From IMG/VR virus record IMGVR_UViG_3300013120_000738, positions 124,001 to 188,000 of that record: a DNA stretch of 64,000 nucleotides, one strand, 5' to 3'. How positions within the stretch are numbered: position 1 is the first letter of the stretch; every line of letters begins with the position of its first letter. The notes under the pieces are model-generated. The model made no database searches and was not told the origin of the DNA. It was given only the letters and a program-made list of their open reading frames with translations. Below, in pieces: positions 20,276 to 30,640 of the stretch. The position numbers were made by a program, and so were the translations under genes.

Positions 20276-21559
20276 TTATCCACGATTCATATAGGGTATA
20301 ACAGGGATATGCGGATACGGTCTAGGAGTTGGATCCTCAGCAGCAATCAAAGCCCTCATTAATTTAAACCGCATCTTATTAAGGATTTTCCACCGTCGTT
20401 TACCCTCTGGCACGACTCTTAGATTTTTCTCTTCCTCAGGGTCAGTTATTAAATCAAATAAATATTCCTGAGTACCATATATCCAATATTTATAACGTGT
20501 ATCCCGTATCATTCGCAATTTAGGCTGCCAACCCATCATCGATAACACATAGTCGTTTATCGGATCACCGGTCGAAAAAGCTTCAAACAATGATCTACCT
20601 TGAGCAGCTAGTGGTATCGGCTGATCAATCATAGTTAATATAGTCGGTAATATATCAATATGTTGTACTAAGTGCTTATATCGATCAGGCTTTAACATTG
20701 GAGCCTTAATAAGTAATGGAACTCTCGTATTGCCTTCGTAAGTGTACATTCCTTTTGAGAAATGCCCATGATCTCCTAGAATATCTCCATGATCAGAAGT
20801 AAAGATTATTATCGTATCATCATCTACAGCAGCTAGCAATCGACCAATATTACTATCAATCCATGATATTCCACGATAATAAAAAGCTTTTATTTTATGC
20901 CAATCATCTGCAGTAAGAGCACCACCATCAACATCTTCACTTTCACGAGGTATATCGAATTTGATTTTACCATATAATTTATTATATGGTGGCGGAGCTG
21001 TGTATGGTGGATGGGGTCCGACATAGCTGACTACAGTAAAGTGTGGAGATCGTGCAGTTTTCAGATGCTTAATCGCTAAATCGGTAATCACCTCTTCGTG
21101 ATGAAGGCGTCGATTATTAATAGATCCATACCACCCACGCATATTCATTAGTCTATCATATTGATGTACAATCTGATAATAATCTCTTCTCCAATCTGAA
21201 GTAAAGTATGATCGCGAGAAACCAAAATGCCCCGATAATTTATGTTCATCCTGTTTTTCTGATATATGGATTTTTCCAAAATATGCTGTATTATATCCAG
21301 CATTTTGAAGATAATTGGCTATTGTATATTCATTAGTTGGTAAATCTATAGCATTTAGCCACAATCTATGAGCAGTCGGATATCGGCCGGTTAACAGAGA
21401 AGCTCTACTAGGTTGGCATTGTGGGCTCTGACAGAAAGCATTCGTACAATCAATACTACGAGCCGCTAATCTATCTAAGTGTGGTGTTTTAATCCACTTG
21501 GTTCTATATCCAACAGCATCCCATCGTTGCTGATCTGTGAGAATCAATAGTATATTCAT
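20276..21559 (-). CDS. Cys-type sulfatase
   Basis: NILLILTDQQR, CQPSRASLLTG (CxPxR), GKIH, PHPPY, FTSDHGD, RVPLLI, DILPTI. Confidence 0.93.
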   Translation of the reverse strand: MNILLILTDQQRWDAVGYRTKWIKTPHLDRLAARSIDCTNAFCQSPQCQPSRASLLTGRYPTAHRLWLNAIDLPTNEYTIANYLQNAGYNTAYFGKIHISEKQDEHKLSGHFGFSRSYFTSDWRRDYYQIVHQYDRLMNMRGWYGSINNRRLHHEEVITDLAIKHLKTARSPHFTVVSYVGPHPPYTAPPPYNKLYGKIKFDIPRESEDVDGGALTADDWHKIKAFYYRGISWIDSNIGRLLAAVDDDTIIIFTSDHGDILGDHGHFSKGMYTYEGNTRVPLLIKAPMLKPDRYKHLVQHIDILPTILTMIDQPIPLAAQGRSLFEAFSTGDPINDYVLSMMGWQPKLRMIRDTRYKYWIYGTQEYLFDLITDPEEEKNLRVVPEGKRRWKILNKMRFKLMRALIAAEDPTPRPYPHIPVIPYMNRG

Positions 21560-21936
21560 TAGCAGGGCACAAATTGTTTAGCTGGTATTTCCGTAAGATC
21601 CAGAAAAAGCTGTACAAATACATGTTTACCTACTGATTCAACATTTATCTTAGGACGGCGAAGTAATTTTTGTATTGCTTTTATTGATCTATTAGCTCTA
21701 TCTGCCGTCCACCCATCCTCTACCATCTCCTGAGTAGTCCTTATTCTATCAGGACTAGAATAAGTATATGTTACAATCTCTCCATCAATTATCTCCCAGT
21801 TTTTCTGGACACTAGCACACGTGTAACATATAAAATCGTACGTGCGACCATCTATAAATGGTTCAGCAGCAAAGCATTTTGTTATAGCTCCTGGGTCTTG
21901 TCCACAGATAGGGCATAAATCAGGATCTTTTTTCAT
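21559..21936 (-). CDS. Hypothetical protein with CxxC pairs
   Basis: CPIC, CYTC; abuts neighbouring genes. Confidence 0.65.
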   Translation of the reverse strand: MKKDPDLCPICGQDPGAITKCFAAEPFIDGRTYDFICYTCASVQKNWEIIDGEIVTYTYSSPDRIRTTQEMVEDGWTADRANRSIKAIQKLLRRPKINVESVGKHVFVQLFLDLTEIPAKQFVPC

Positions 21937-22289
21937 GGATCATCCGTGTTATTAAGATAATCATCAACTACTGCAGCGAGACCTTTTACTTTAAAATTGG
22001 GATCAAGAATATTTCCTTCCCAAAGACCCATTATATGCCAATTTTTATTTGCTTGTGGTCCCATCGGTGAGAACAATCCTAACTTAAGATGCTCACCATC
22101 AATATACAGCATTAGTGGAGGATTTTCTTCTATAGTACCGAATGAACCAGGACCATACCATAAAGCAACAGATTCGCTAGGACCTGATTGATGCCTGAAT
22201 TTTGTCCAGCATAAATTGGGTACCATATCTTCTAATTCGGTTGCTATACCGCATAATAACTCAATCATTGGCCGGACCGAATCGATCAA
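21933..22289 (-). CDS. Hypothetical protein (C-terminal ILDPNF motif)
   Basis: 118 aa ORF within an operon. Confidence 0.6.
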   Translation of the reverse strand: MIDSVRPMIELLCGIATELEDMVPNLCWTKFRHQSGPSESVALWYGPGSFGTIEENPPLMLYIDGEHLKLGLFSPMGPQANKNWHIMGLWEGNILDPNFKVKGLAAVVDDYLNNTDDP

Positions 22290-22623
22290 GCTCTTTCAAT
22301 ATCGATACCACAACCTCGAATGCTTGTATGTGATGCTCTTCCGCCTCTGAAACGAATTCATGCACTACATCTTCCGTTATAGGTGGATCGGGTTTACCAG
22401 CGACAGCACCACATTTGAGTAATAGAGAACCTATGTTCCAAACTAACTGATCACCAGTGTTCAAGATAGCAAACATTAATGGTGTACGATATCCATTATA
22501 TCGTATCGCATCAGCAATTTGCTTAATAAGCCCATCCGGGACTTCCTCGCCCCAAGTCCATATGCTGTAAACGTGTGCTGTCATAGTCTCCTCACGGGGG
22601 ACAAACACCGCCCACTCACTCAT
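22261..22623 (-). CDS. Hypothetical protein
   Basis: 120 aa ORF within an operon. Confidence 0.6.
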   Translation of the reverse strand: MSEWAVFVPREETMTAHVYSIWTWGEEVPDGLIKQIADAIRYNGYRTPLMFAILNTGDQLVWNIGSLLLKCGAVAGKPDPPITEDVVHEFVSEAEEHHIQAFEVVVSILKELDRFGPAND

Positions 22624-23121
22624 CTGGTACGGGTATGTCGGGTTGTGGTATGTTGACTTGTTCTAGGCTAGATGTTGGTTGCCTATTACTTTGATAACCA
22701 GAATATGCCTGTTGCGGTCTATATGATAGGTTAAGTGGAGCTGAAGTAATATTACCATTATTTGTATAAGTAGGTACTCTAAACCGTCTGTATACATTAG
22801 CCACAGCCATGCTTTGGACGGCTGCCATTTGCTGTTGAGCCCGCAACATCGGGTGAAGGTGCCAAGGATAGTTGCGAATCCTTTCTTGGCGGTCTAGATG
22901 TTGCTGCATATGCTTCGATCTTTTCATCTGGTCGGCCATCCATAACCTAGCAGCCTTAACACCATCGCGCTTTGCTTTTGCTAATAACCATTTCTCAGGA
23001 TCTTTCACGCCTTTGGGTACATCTTCTATGCCTAGAGGTTCAGGCATGAAGTTGTTGTAGGCATTCGGATCACCGCCAAGGGTGCATATCAGAATGAGTA
23101 TGGTCATAGTTTCACAATACA
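22616..23121 (-). CDS. Hypothetical, possibly secreted protein
   Basis: Start reassigned to MYCETMTILILIC (hydrophobic N-terminus); the upstream ORF extension overlaps a plus-strand promoter and fragment. Confidence 0.55.
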
Positions 23122-23201
23122 TCGATTTAACCCCTAATATATTGTTTGTCATAAATGTATTGAGAGAGTACCCACACCGTATACTCACAGGAGGAAGGTA
23201 G

Positions 23202-23280
23202 ATGGCAAAAAGAGCAGTAGTAAGTGTAGCAAGCAGGTCCAAACTAATTACCAAATCAGGATTCAACAACTACGAATTAA
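23202..23280 (+). pseudogene. 5' fragment of a radical SAM paralogue (MAKRAVVSVASRSKLITKSGFNNYE)
   Basis: Aligns with the N-terminus of 26276-27301; has its own promoter motif (~23126-23153) and GGAGG. Confidence 0.8.
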
Positions 23281-23521
23281 CAACATATTGGCTATCGGAA
23301 AAAACTCGGACATGACATGGCTCTTTTAGGGCTCGTAATGCCTCTAAAACACCCATAATTTCCATACGGTTGTTGGTGCTTTCTTCCTCATTGCCACTTA
23401 TCTCCCTTCTGTGAACGCGACCTACACTATCTGTGTATAGCAAAATCGCTGCCCAACCACCGGGACCTGGGTTTGGTTCACAAGCACCATCAGTATAAAT
23501 TGTAATTACTTTTTCGTCCAT
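23270..23521 (-). pseudogene. rnhA: Truncated RNase HI paralogue
   Basis: Matches 18990-19496 up to YVVNS, then TAG; C-terminal half absent. Confidence 0.88.
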
Positions 23522-23542
23522 AGTTTTATAATACGTCTCACA

Positions 23543-24367
23543 TTATACGCCTAAGTATGGTGTTTTAATCCGAATCCATCCTAATCTAGATAAGTTCTTT
23601 TTGAATCTTACAGCTGTTAGATCCTCTACTTGTGAGTATTCGCCATCTATCTTATCAAAAAGTGTCTTATCTTTAAATCCTTCCATATCACCTTTACCTC
23701 GAGCAACCTTTTCCATATATTCTCTTTTTGAACGAAAATAATAATGATTGATTTGAGCTACTTCTATATTCACATCAACAAACGGTCCATCCACTCTAAT
23801 TCCTTGACAATTCACTGCATGGTGACCATTCTTATAGAAGAAAAAGTGTGGACAACTTGGTATTTTTCGTTTAATTCTACCGGGTTGGATAATGCTTTTC
23901 ACATGTCTATTAACAGGATTATTTTCGGTTGCTTTCCATACTAGAGAATCTATTTGGTTTTCATCCTTATCTCTGGTCAATTTACCATTCGCACCAAACA
24001 TCTGCCAATTAATTACTAGTGCCCCATAGTTCTTATATCGTGACAATAATGTATATATATTATCATCTTGTTTTGGTATGATAAATTCATCAGTATCAAT
24101 AAATGCCATCCATTCATATTTTGGGCCTAGATTGACTACGGCACTTAGATAAACTAATAGTTGTCGACTAGCGATTGTATCACGTACTATATGGACTTCA
24201 GTCGCTTCACGTAAGACTTTAGGGAATGTTGATACTGTATCAATTAGTGGTATGTTAGAATGGTCGTCGAAAATGAGTAATTTGTCGAAGCCAATAGCAT
24301 AGTGCCACTCGCACCACTCATGCAAATAGGCATTTTCGTTGCGACACATTACAACAGCAGCTATCAT
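23543..24367 (-). CDS. GT92-like glycosyltransferase, paralogue of 18142-18969
   Basis: Collinear similarity over the full length. Confidence 0.85.
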   Translation of the reverse strand: MIAAVVMCRNENAYLHEWCEWHYAIGFDKLLIFDDHSNIPLIDTVSTFPKVLREATEVHIVRDTIASRQLLVYLSAVVNLGPKYEWMAFIDTDEFIIPKQDDNIYTLLSRYKNYGALVINWQMFGANGKLTRDKDENQIDSLVWKATENNPVNRHVKSIIQPGRIKRKIPSCPHFFFYKNGHHAVNCQGIRVDGPFVDVNIEVAQINHYYFRSKREYMEKVARGKGDMEGFKDKTLFDKIDGEYSQVEDLTAVRFKKNLSRLGWIRIKTPYLGV

Positions 24368-25030
24368 TTTATTGCTGACAATATTTTATTAGAAACTGTT
24401 GTACAGAACTTATCCCAATTACAAGACTCGACCCATTGACGTTGTTTAAGCGATTGATCTATTAATTGTTTGTTAGGCATTGATTGGACATTATGTAATA
24501 CTTCAACCATTTCTTCTACATTGGTTGGATTCAAACTCCAAAAGGGTTGATTTGGCCAATAGCCTGATTGTGGTGTGCATAACACAATCAATCCTAGGCT
24601 ACCAGCCTCGGTACATGTTGTTGGGTTTGCATCAGATATTGAGGTGTTGACAAATATGTCGGCTGTTTTACATAGGTCACTACAGAATTGTGGTGTGATA
24701 GTGGTGTATCCGTGATAGTGCACATTAGGTAGATTGACAATTGGGTTGCTTATATTACCATACATATGTAAGGTATATCGGACTCTTTTAAACAATTCAT
24801 GAAGTATTTTAATTCCCTTTTCTGGCACATCGCTTCCGATATAAGCAAAAACGCGACTACCAGGTGCATTAAATGTTTGTTTGAAGTGTGGAAAATGTAC
24901 TGTGTCTATAGCTATATCTAGTCTTGTAATTTTTGGTTTCCAGTGGGCGAATGGTGATGATTCTAAGTTGTCATACCAATATGGTCCCATAATCGAGAAA
25001 ATAAAATCTGCTTGTCTCGCTAGACCCAGT
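24364..25030 (-). pseudogene. GT4-like glycosyltransferase, probably 5'-truncated
   Basis: ADIFVNTSISDANPTTCTEA motif; frame extends upstream of ATG 24990 (ILGLARQADFIFSIMGPYW) to a junction. Confidence 0.55.
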
Positions 25031-25134
25031 ATTCATGGTTCCTCCAATGTTTAAGAGTTTTCACTCTTGTGGCAAGTCAGGAATTAGAAGTTAATTTCTA
25101 AGTTTCAAATACCTAGAAAATAATTTAGACGAAT

Positions 25135-25392
25135 TTATAGTCTTAATCCAGTCCTCAAGAGGGGGTCAAATCTATCCGGAGTAATTACTTTTGCCGATTC
25201 CATTGAGGGTAGTCTAGACTTTAGCTTATCGACAGCATACTCAACAGCTTCCTGAACAATCGCTAGTTCTGCATCATTCAGCGGCTCGCCCAATGACAAT
25301 AGCTCTAAAGCAAAACAATTACGTGCGAGATTTCCTAAGCGAGTAACTTTGGTATTGTTGGGATGGTACCCAGGATAGGGGCTTTTAGTCAT
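25135..25392 (-). CDS. Hypothetical protein, paralogue of 3166-3426
   Basis: MTKSPYPGYHPNNT...FDPLLR.GLRL shared. Confidence 0.85.
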   Translation of the reverse strand: MTKSPYPGYHPNNTKVTRLGNLARNCFALELLSLGEPLNDAELAIVQEAVEYAVDKLKSRLPSMESAKVITPDRFDPLLRTGLRL

Positions 25393-25481
25393 TGACTATT
25401 CCTGTTGCTAATCGCACATATCGTTTAATATGATCACCACCATCTTGCTTAAACATGAACGCTAATAGCTCGAGATAGCGT
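25389..25481 (-). pseudogene. 3' remnant of a paralogue of the 2790-3176 HNH-like gene
   Basis: RYLELLAFMFKQDGGDHIKRYVRLATGIVND* vs KYLELLAFMFEQGGGEHIKQYVRLATGMVDD*. Confidence 0.8.
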
Positions 25482-25488
25482 GACTCAT

Positions 25489-26184
25489 CTATACTATATG
25501 ACCATATTCCTCAATCCACCATGTAAGATACCCCGCCTCAAGAATAGTCTTTTTCTGATGGCACGACGCACATCTGACTTCACATTTTTTAATCTCTTCC
25601 ATGATTATATCTGTTTTTCGATGCCTCAATGCATGGGATATAGTAAATGATTTATCACCATTAACATGATCAAATTGTAGCTTGAGTGGGTCAGTTTCAC
25701 CGCATTCTACACATGGATGAGACAATAAATACGCCATCACAGCTCGCATATTTGATTTATATAGTCTATCACGAAATTGTTTACTACGTTCTTTATATTG
25801 ATCCTTTTTACGATTTACAGAATCCCTTTGTGCTTTTCGTTGGCATTCTATACAATATCCAGCATACTTTACGCCATTTTTTCTATACTTCTTGGCAAAT
25901 TCAATTGGCCATTCCTTTGGATCACCACACCTACAACATTTTTTAGTACATGGTTGGATATTCTGTTTTGCATTAATTTCTCTTTCTAAGCATCCACAAC
26001 TTTGAACGTCACCACTAGTCAAATGAGAGCTGCGAACATTGTGAACAGTGCCACAATCGCATATACATTCCCAAATTTTGGTTTTGTTTGGAGTACTACC
26101 GGCAACTTTTCTAGTGATTAGTCGACCATATCGCTTTTTTGCTTCCACCCGTTGATAGGATTGCCGAACTTGTTTAGGCATCAA
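25489..26184 (-). CDS. HNH homing endonuclease with N-terminal Cys-rich phage DNA-binding domain
   Basis: WECICDCG..SGDVQSCGC; CVECGE..LQFDHV..EIKKCEVRCASCH. Confidence 0.85.
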   Translation of the reverse strand: MMPKQVRQSYQRVEAKKRYGRLITRKVAGSTPNKTKIWECICDCGTVHNVRSSHLTSGDVQSCGCLEREINAKQNIQPCTKKCCRCGDPKEWPIEFAKKYRKNGVKYAGYCIECQRKAQRDSVNRKKDQYKERSKQFRDRLYKSNMRAVMAYLLSHPCVECGETDPLKLQFDHVNGDKSFTISHALRHRKTDIIMEEIKKCEVRCASCHQKKTILEAGYLTWWIEEYGHIV

Positions 26185-26275
26185 AATCCTCCTATGGTTG
26201 TTTTAACATAGTATATTTGCTTTGTCATAAAGTATTAAGAAAAATAGGCTGAACCCCTACACTAAGGAGCGATGT

Positions 26276-27301
26276 ATGGCGAAACGAGCCACTCTGTCAG
26301 TTGCGAGAAGAGGTACTCTGATTAGTAAGACAGGATTCAACGGGTATGACGTTTGCCTCAACAGCTACGTCGGCTGCCAATTCGCCTGCACGTACTGCTA
26401 CGTCAGATTCTTCATCAAGGATGAGAATCTACCCTGGGGACAGTTTGTTCGCGTCAGAACACACATGAAAGACAAACTACCCAAAGAACTACAGAAAGGA
26501 CAAGTAAAGCTCGAGGACGGTTACGAAGTCGTCGGCAAGAAACGAAAAAGAAAGCACAGGACAATATTAATCCCAGACGCCCGCCTCGTCATCGGCACGA
26601 TGACAGACCCATACCAACCAGCAGAAAAGAAACACCGTATCACAAGAGAAGCACTCAAAATACTAACAAGATCAGACCTACCACACTTCCAAAAAGTAGG
26701 ACTCTTCACAAGATCTCCAGTAGTCCTCGGCGACCTCGATCTCCTCCTCAAACTACCAAGACCACGAGTACACTTCACGGTTACACCATTCCCACAAACA
26801 GTCCTGCGAGCGATAGAACCCTACTCACCCAAAACCGATAGGCGATGGAAAGTAGTAAAAGCGATGAAAGATGCAGGACTGCGAGTACACTGCAACATCT
26901 CACCGGTCATACCACAACTAAGCGAACCCTTCATACAAGAGTTCGTACAAAAGCTCATAGAGCTAGAAGTAGACGAATACTTCGTCGACCCGATGCAGCC
27001 CTACAAAGAAAGCTTCGAAGCCTTCGCGAGTGCTTGCCACAATCTACAGGGTGTGAACTGGGCTGTGATAGAAAGAACGATGACAGATAGGGATGCCTAC
27101 CTGGACTGGAAAGCAGACTTCTTCGGAGCCTGGAACGAAGAGCGAGAAAAGCACCAGAACAAGGCACAAAAGCAATTACCAATCTGGTGCGACCATGAAA
27201 ATGGTGTGTGGATCAATATGAAGACCATGCAGCAAATGAATCACTCAAGATACGGGGATGAAGCATGCCCTGGCCAATCGACGAAACCGTCAACGATCTA
27301 A
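26276..27301 (+). CDS. Radical SAM protein, spore-photoproduct-lyase-like
   Basis: NSYVGCQFACTYCY (CxxxCxxC), GTMTDPYQPAE..ITR; promoter motif at 26202-26229. Confidence 0.85.
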   Translation: MAKRATLSVARRGTLISKTGFNGYDVCLNSYVGCQFACTYCYVRFFIKDENLPWGQFVRVRTHMKDKLPKELQKGQVKLEDGYEVVGKKRKRKHRTILIPDARLVIGTMTDPYQPAEKKHRITREALKILTRSDLPHFQKVGLFTRSPVVLGDLDLLLKLPRPRVHFTVTPFPQTVLRAIEPYSPKTDRRWKVVKAMKDAGLRVHCNISPVIPQLSEPFIQEFVQKLIELEVDEYFVDPMQPYKESFEAFASACHNLQGVNWAVIERTMTDRDAYLDWKADFFGAWNEEREKHQNKAQKQLPIWCDHENGVWINMKTMQQMNHSRYGDEACPGQSTKPSTI

Positions 27302-27972
27302 CCGCCGAAGAACTCCTAAAGCAGATCACAGACGGTAAGGCCAAATGCGAGGGCACTGATGCCCTCGCATGGCCTCTTGTGAAATTAGACCGTTTTAAAT
27401 GCCAAGGCCATGGTGGTACCGCTGGAGCATCAGGATATCTTGGTTCCGGTTCCGCGAATGAGCACCATGTAGATGATTATATCAAAGAATTCGTAAGGGC
27501 TGTTATACCATTAATCGAATTCTTCGATTGGGATACACTATATAATATTATATTGGCAACCAGGAATGGCTCAAGTGATAGAGATAGATTAAAAGCTGCA
27601 CAAGAAATAGCAGCAGTGGGACCATATTACGTAATAGTAAAAGAAATCCTAGAAGAAGCTGGTTATACACTCGTAATGGACTCGAGAGAGTATCGTGATG
27701 TCTGGCTTCTAAGGGACGATTTTCAAACAGATTGCGGATTTGATGAAAAGCATTGCTTCAACACAGATCAGATGGAGCATTTCACAGGCCTTTGTATACG
27801 ATTGCAACCAGAGGGTGTCTATATAGGTGATGGTGATGGGTATCACCGAGCGTATTCTGAAAGATGCGTAAGTTATTCAGAAGTCGAGATTAAACAGCTG
27901 CCAGTAGCAATAGATAAATATATTGAAGACTGGAAGAGCGGTCTTGACTATGATGAATATAATGATATATGA
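27265..27972 (+). CDS. Hypothetical protein
   Basis: 235 aa ORF. Confidence 0.7.
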   Translation: MPWPIDETVNDLTAEELLKQITDGKAKCEGTDALAWPLVKLDRFKCQGHGGTAGASGYLGSGSANEHHVDDYIKEFVRAVIPLIEFFDWDTLYNIILATRNGSSDRDRLKAAQEIAAVGPYYVIVKEILEEAGYTLVMDSREYRDVWLLRDDFQTDCGFDEKHCFNTDQMEHFTGLCIRLQPEGVYIGDGDGYHRAYSERCVSYSEVEIKQLPVAIDKYIEDWKSGLDYDEYNDI

Positions 27973-27984
27973 CCAGGAAGATTT

Positions 27985-28785
27985 ATGCCAGATTCTATTT
28001 TAAAGTATCACGGCGGAAAGCATTATCTAGCTTCTAAGATTATAGCACTAATGCCACCACATATCCATTATGTGGAACCATATTTTGGCGGCGGATCGGT
28101 TCTGCTAAAGAAAGACCCGATGAATACATCGGAGGCTATAAATGATATCAGCCTAAGTCTAACTAATTTCTGGCGAACGCTTCAAAATCCAACAGCATTT
28201 GAAGAGTTTAAGAGAAGAATAGAAGCTACCCCATTCTCACAAGTGGAATGGGCTGAGGCTGCACACGCAGTACCAAAAGAATATCTAGACATCAATGCGG
28301 CGATCAACTTCTTTATACGATGTAGACAATCATTAGCTGGAAGAGGAAGTAGCTTCGCACCCATATCCAAAACAAGAACTCGCCGTGGTATGAACGAGCA
28401 ATGTTCAGCATGGCTTAGTACAATTGATAGATTACATCCAGTCCATACTAGATTACAACGGGTATTCATATATCATGACGATGCTGTAGTAGTCATCAAA
28501 CAAAACGACAGCAAAAGGACATTATTTTATCTCGACCCAACATACCCAAGTGAAACTGTCTCCGCACCAGGTGTATATGAACACCAAATGACCACTGAAC
28601 AACACGAAGTATTGCTAGAGACTGTCGTTAAATTGAATGGTAAGGTAATACTTTCAAGTTATCCAAATGCAATGTATGATAAAGCCTTAAAAGGCTGGAA
28701 AGTAAAAGATTTCGACCTACCGAATAATGCTTCAGGTAGTAAATCTAAAAAGAGAATGGTCGAAAGAGTCTACATGAATTACTGA
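27985..28785 (+). CDS. dam: DNA adenine methyltransferase (D12/Dam class)
   Basis: KYHGGK, YVEPYFGGGSV, IND, FYLDPTY. Confidence 0.9.
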   Translation: MPDSILKYHGGKHYLASKIIALMPPHIHYVEPYFGGGSVLLKKDPMNTSEAINDISLSLTNFWRTLQNPTAFEEFKRRIEATPFSQVEWAEAAHAVPKEYLDINAAINFFIRCRQSLAGRGSSFAPISKTRTRRGMNEQCSAWLSTIDRLHPVHTRLQRVFIYHDDAVVVIKQNDSKRTLFYLDPTYPSETVSAPGVYEHQMTTEQHEVLLETVVKLNGKVILSSYPNAMYDKALKGWKVKDFDLPNNASGSKSKKRMVERVYMNY

Positions 28786-28791
28786 AATATC

Positions 28792-28905
28792 ATGCGAGTA
28801 CTACTCATCGGTAATCACGGAGCTTATCACCACGGAAGTAAACAAGTTATTAAGTATCTCCATGACGATATACTCGCATGTGGGCATAAGCCTATTGTTA
28901 AATGG
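28792..28905 (+). pseudogene. 5' fragment of a Rossmann-like gene (MRVLLIGNHGAYHHG...)
   Basis: Protein-like N-terminus that runs into the antisense of the next gene. Confidence 0.45.
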
Positions 28906-29243
28906 TCTGCATTAGGCAAACTAGGTTTAGATCGAGAAGCAAGTGGCCAAGCACAACCTCTTCTATATGGTTTTTCACCATTTATAGAGTACATTATGAA
29001 TTTAGCTTTTGGCATACCATCTGGTAAACCATCTTCTGCTGCCCACTTCTTTGCTTTTTTTCTATAGATAATATTTGGAGAATTTACATACCATATATCA
29101 CATCTAGTCGGGCCTTCATAATAATTAATTCGTACGACAACATCATATGGTTCCAAGTCATCATTCGTCAACTCTGTTACAGCATTTCCAATAATTAGTA
29201 CGTTTTTATTTCTGCAATATTCTATTATATCATTAAGTTCCAT
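28905..29243 (-). pseudogene. GT29 (sialyltransferase-motif)-like protein, 3'-truncated
   Basis: NVLIIGNA..DVVVRIN..CDIWY resembles the L-motif; degenerates after PNAD. Confidence 0.5.
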
Positions 29244-29320
29244 ATGTCTTCACTCCTGTTTCTTTCTATATTTCTTTCTATATTGTTCAATAAGATGCTT
29301 ACCACCATCAGATATTTGTA

Positions 29321-29563
29321 TCATCTCTTCAGTTCTTTTTTGAAATACTCATTATCTGGGTCTTGTACCATTTGTAATTCAAGACCACTATTATTACCAG
29401 CAGTATCTACCATTATTCCGGCACGTGGTTTTTCGCTACTACATCTTACACATGTCGTGGTATGGGGCAATACCTTAAGTCTCGCTTCTGGTATTTGTAC
29501 ACCACAGATCTCACAGTCTCTATCGCCAGTTTCTTCTTTTTCGAATTTTACAACGTAAGTCAT
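29321..29563 (-). CDS. TraR/DksA C4 zinc-finger protein
   Basis: CEICGVQIPEARLKVLPHTTTCVRC; GGAGG before ATG 29563. Confidence 0.88.
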   Translation of the reverse strand: MTYVVKFEKEETGDRDCEICGVQIPEARLKVLPHTTTCVRCSSEKPRAGIMVDTAGNNSGLELQMVQDPDNEYFKKELKR

Positions 29564-29671
29564 TTCAGCCTCCACAATGTTAGAGATTCTTTCAATTAGA
29601 AATATTTGACTTAACCTAATACCCCTCCAGTGTAACATGTTAAGGACAATCTAACCCCTAAGGAGTAGAAT

Positions 29672-29932
29672 ATGATTTGGGAATGTGAACCTGGAAGATT
29701 ACCATCGTTAATTGCTCAAGTCGAACAAGGTGATTTCATCGCCATGGACGGGAATATGCACTTGGTTATATTATCACGACAGGAAAGGGGTTTACTAACA
29801 GTCTACTTAGCACCAGACCCAGAAGTCGAACCAGAGCCAAAAACCGTAGTCAAAATGCAAGTTGGCCAAAACGATTTCTTCTCCGTTACACCAGTAGATA
29901 TTGAAGAAGGTCCTGACTGGCAAATGTCTTAA
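29672..29932 (+). CDS. Hypothetical protein
   Basis: AAGGAG RBS; promoter motif at 29611-29637. Confidence 0.7.
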   Translation: MIWECEPGRLPSLIAQVEQGDFIAMDGNMHLVILSRQERGLLTVYLAPDPEVEPEPKTVVKMQVGQNDFFSVTPVDIEEGPDWQMS

Positions 29933-29946
29933 ATACATGGCTTAAT

Positions 29947-30411
29947 ATGGCTAAAACATGTGGCGAATGCCAACTATGTTGCTTTATACTTCACGTAGAA
30001 GCTCTCAAAAAGCAAGAATGGGAACAATGCGAACACCAATGTAAACAGGGGTGCGCAATATATCCTAATCGCCCAGAAATATGCAGTAACTATCGCTGCT
30101 TATGGCTATCTGATGAATTTATCCCAGAAGAATTTCGACCAGACAAAATAGGTTGTGTGGTCGACATCCATGATACTCTAATTGGCCCAGTAGTTGTATG
30201 TCATCAGATTAAAGATGGCCAATGGAAAGAAACAGCAACCTTCCAATATATAGCCGAATTAGCAAAACGTACCGGATATTGGATATATACAACATGTAAA
30301 ACCAAAAGAGAAGCAGTCTTCCCAAAATGGGCAGCCGATCAACAAAAGCAATTTGACGCTATGATAAAAGACCGTAGCCTTGTCGAACCAGTTATGGGCC
30401 GAATGCACTAG
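29947..30411 (+). CDS. YkgJ-like CxxCxxCC cysteine-cluster protein
   Basis: CGECQLCC..CEHQC..GCAIYPNRPEICSNYRCLWL. Confidence 0.8.
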   Translation: MAKTCGECQLCCFILHVEALKKQEWEQCEHQCKQGCAIYPNRPEICSNYRCLWLSDEFIPEEFRPDKIGCVVDIHDTLIGPVVVCHQIKDGQWKETATFQYIAELAKRTGYWIYTTCKTKREAVFPKWAADQQKQFDAMIKDRSLVEPVMGRMH

Positions 30412-30420
30412 GAGAAACAA

Positions 30421-30639
30421 ATGTACAAATCCGGCGATCCAGTAATCGCATACCTAGGTGAAGACCGTCAAATCTATTTCAACAAACCCGGTAAAACTAT
30501 CTGCGATTTTCCAGCTAGAATAGTTCACCATGGTGATCAAAAAATCATCTTTATAACAGACACACCAGAAACATTTGATGGCGGTCAGGTCATACCACCA
30601 CCAGGATATAAAGCACAAGGTATAAAAGCCAATAAATGA
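30421..30639 (+). CDS. Hypothetical protein
   Basis: AGGAG RBS. Confidence 0.65.
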   Translation: MYKSGDPVIAYLGEDRQIYFNKPGKTICDFPARIVHHGDQKIIFITDTPETFDGGQVIPPPGYKAQGIKANK

Positions 30640-30640
30640 A

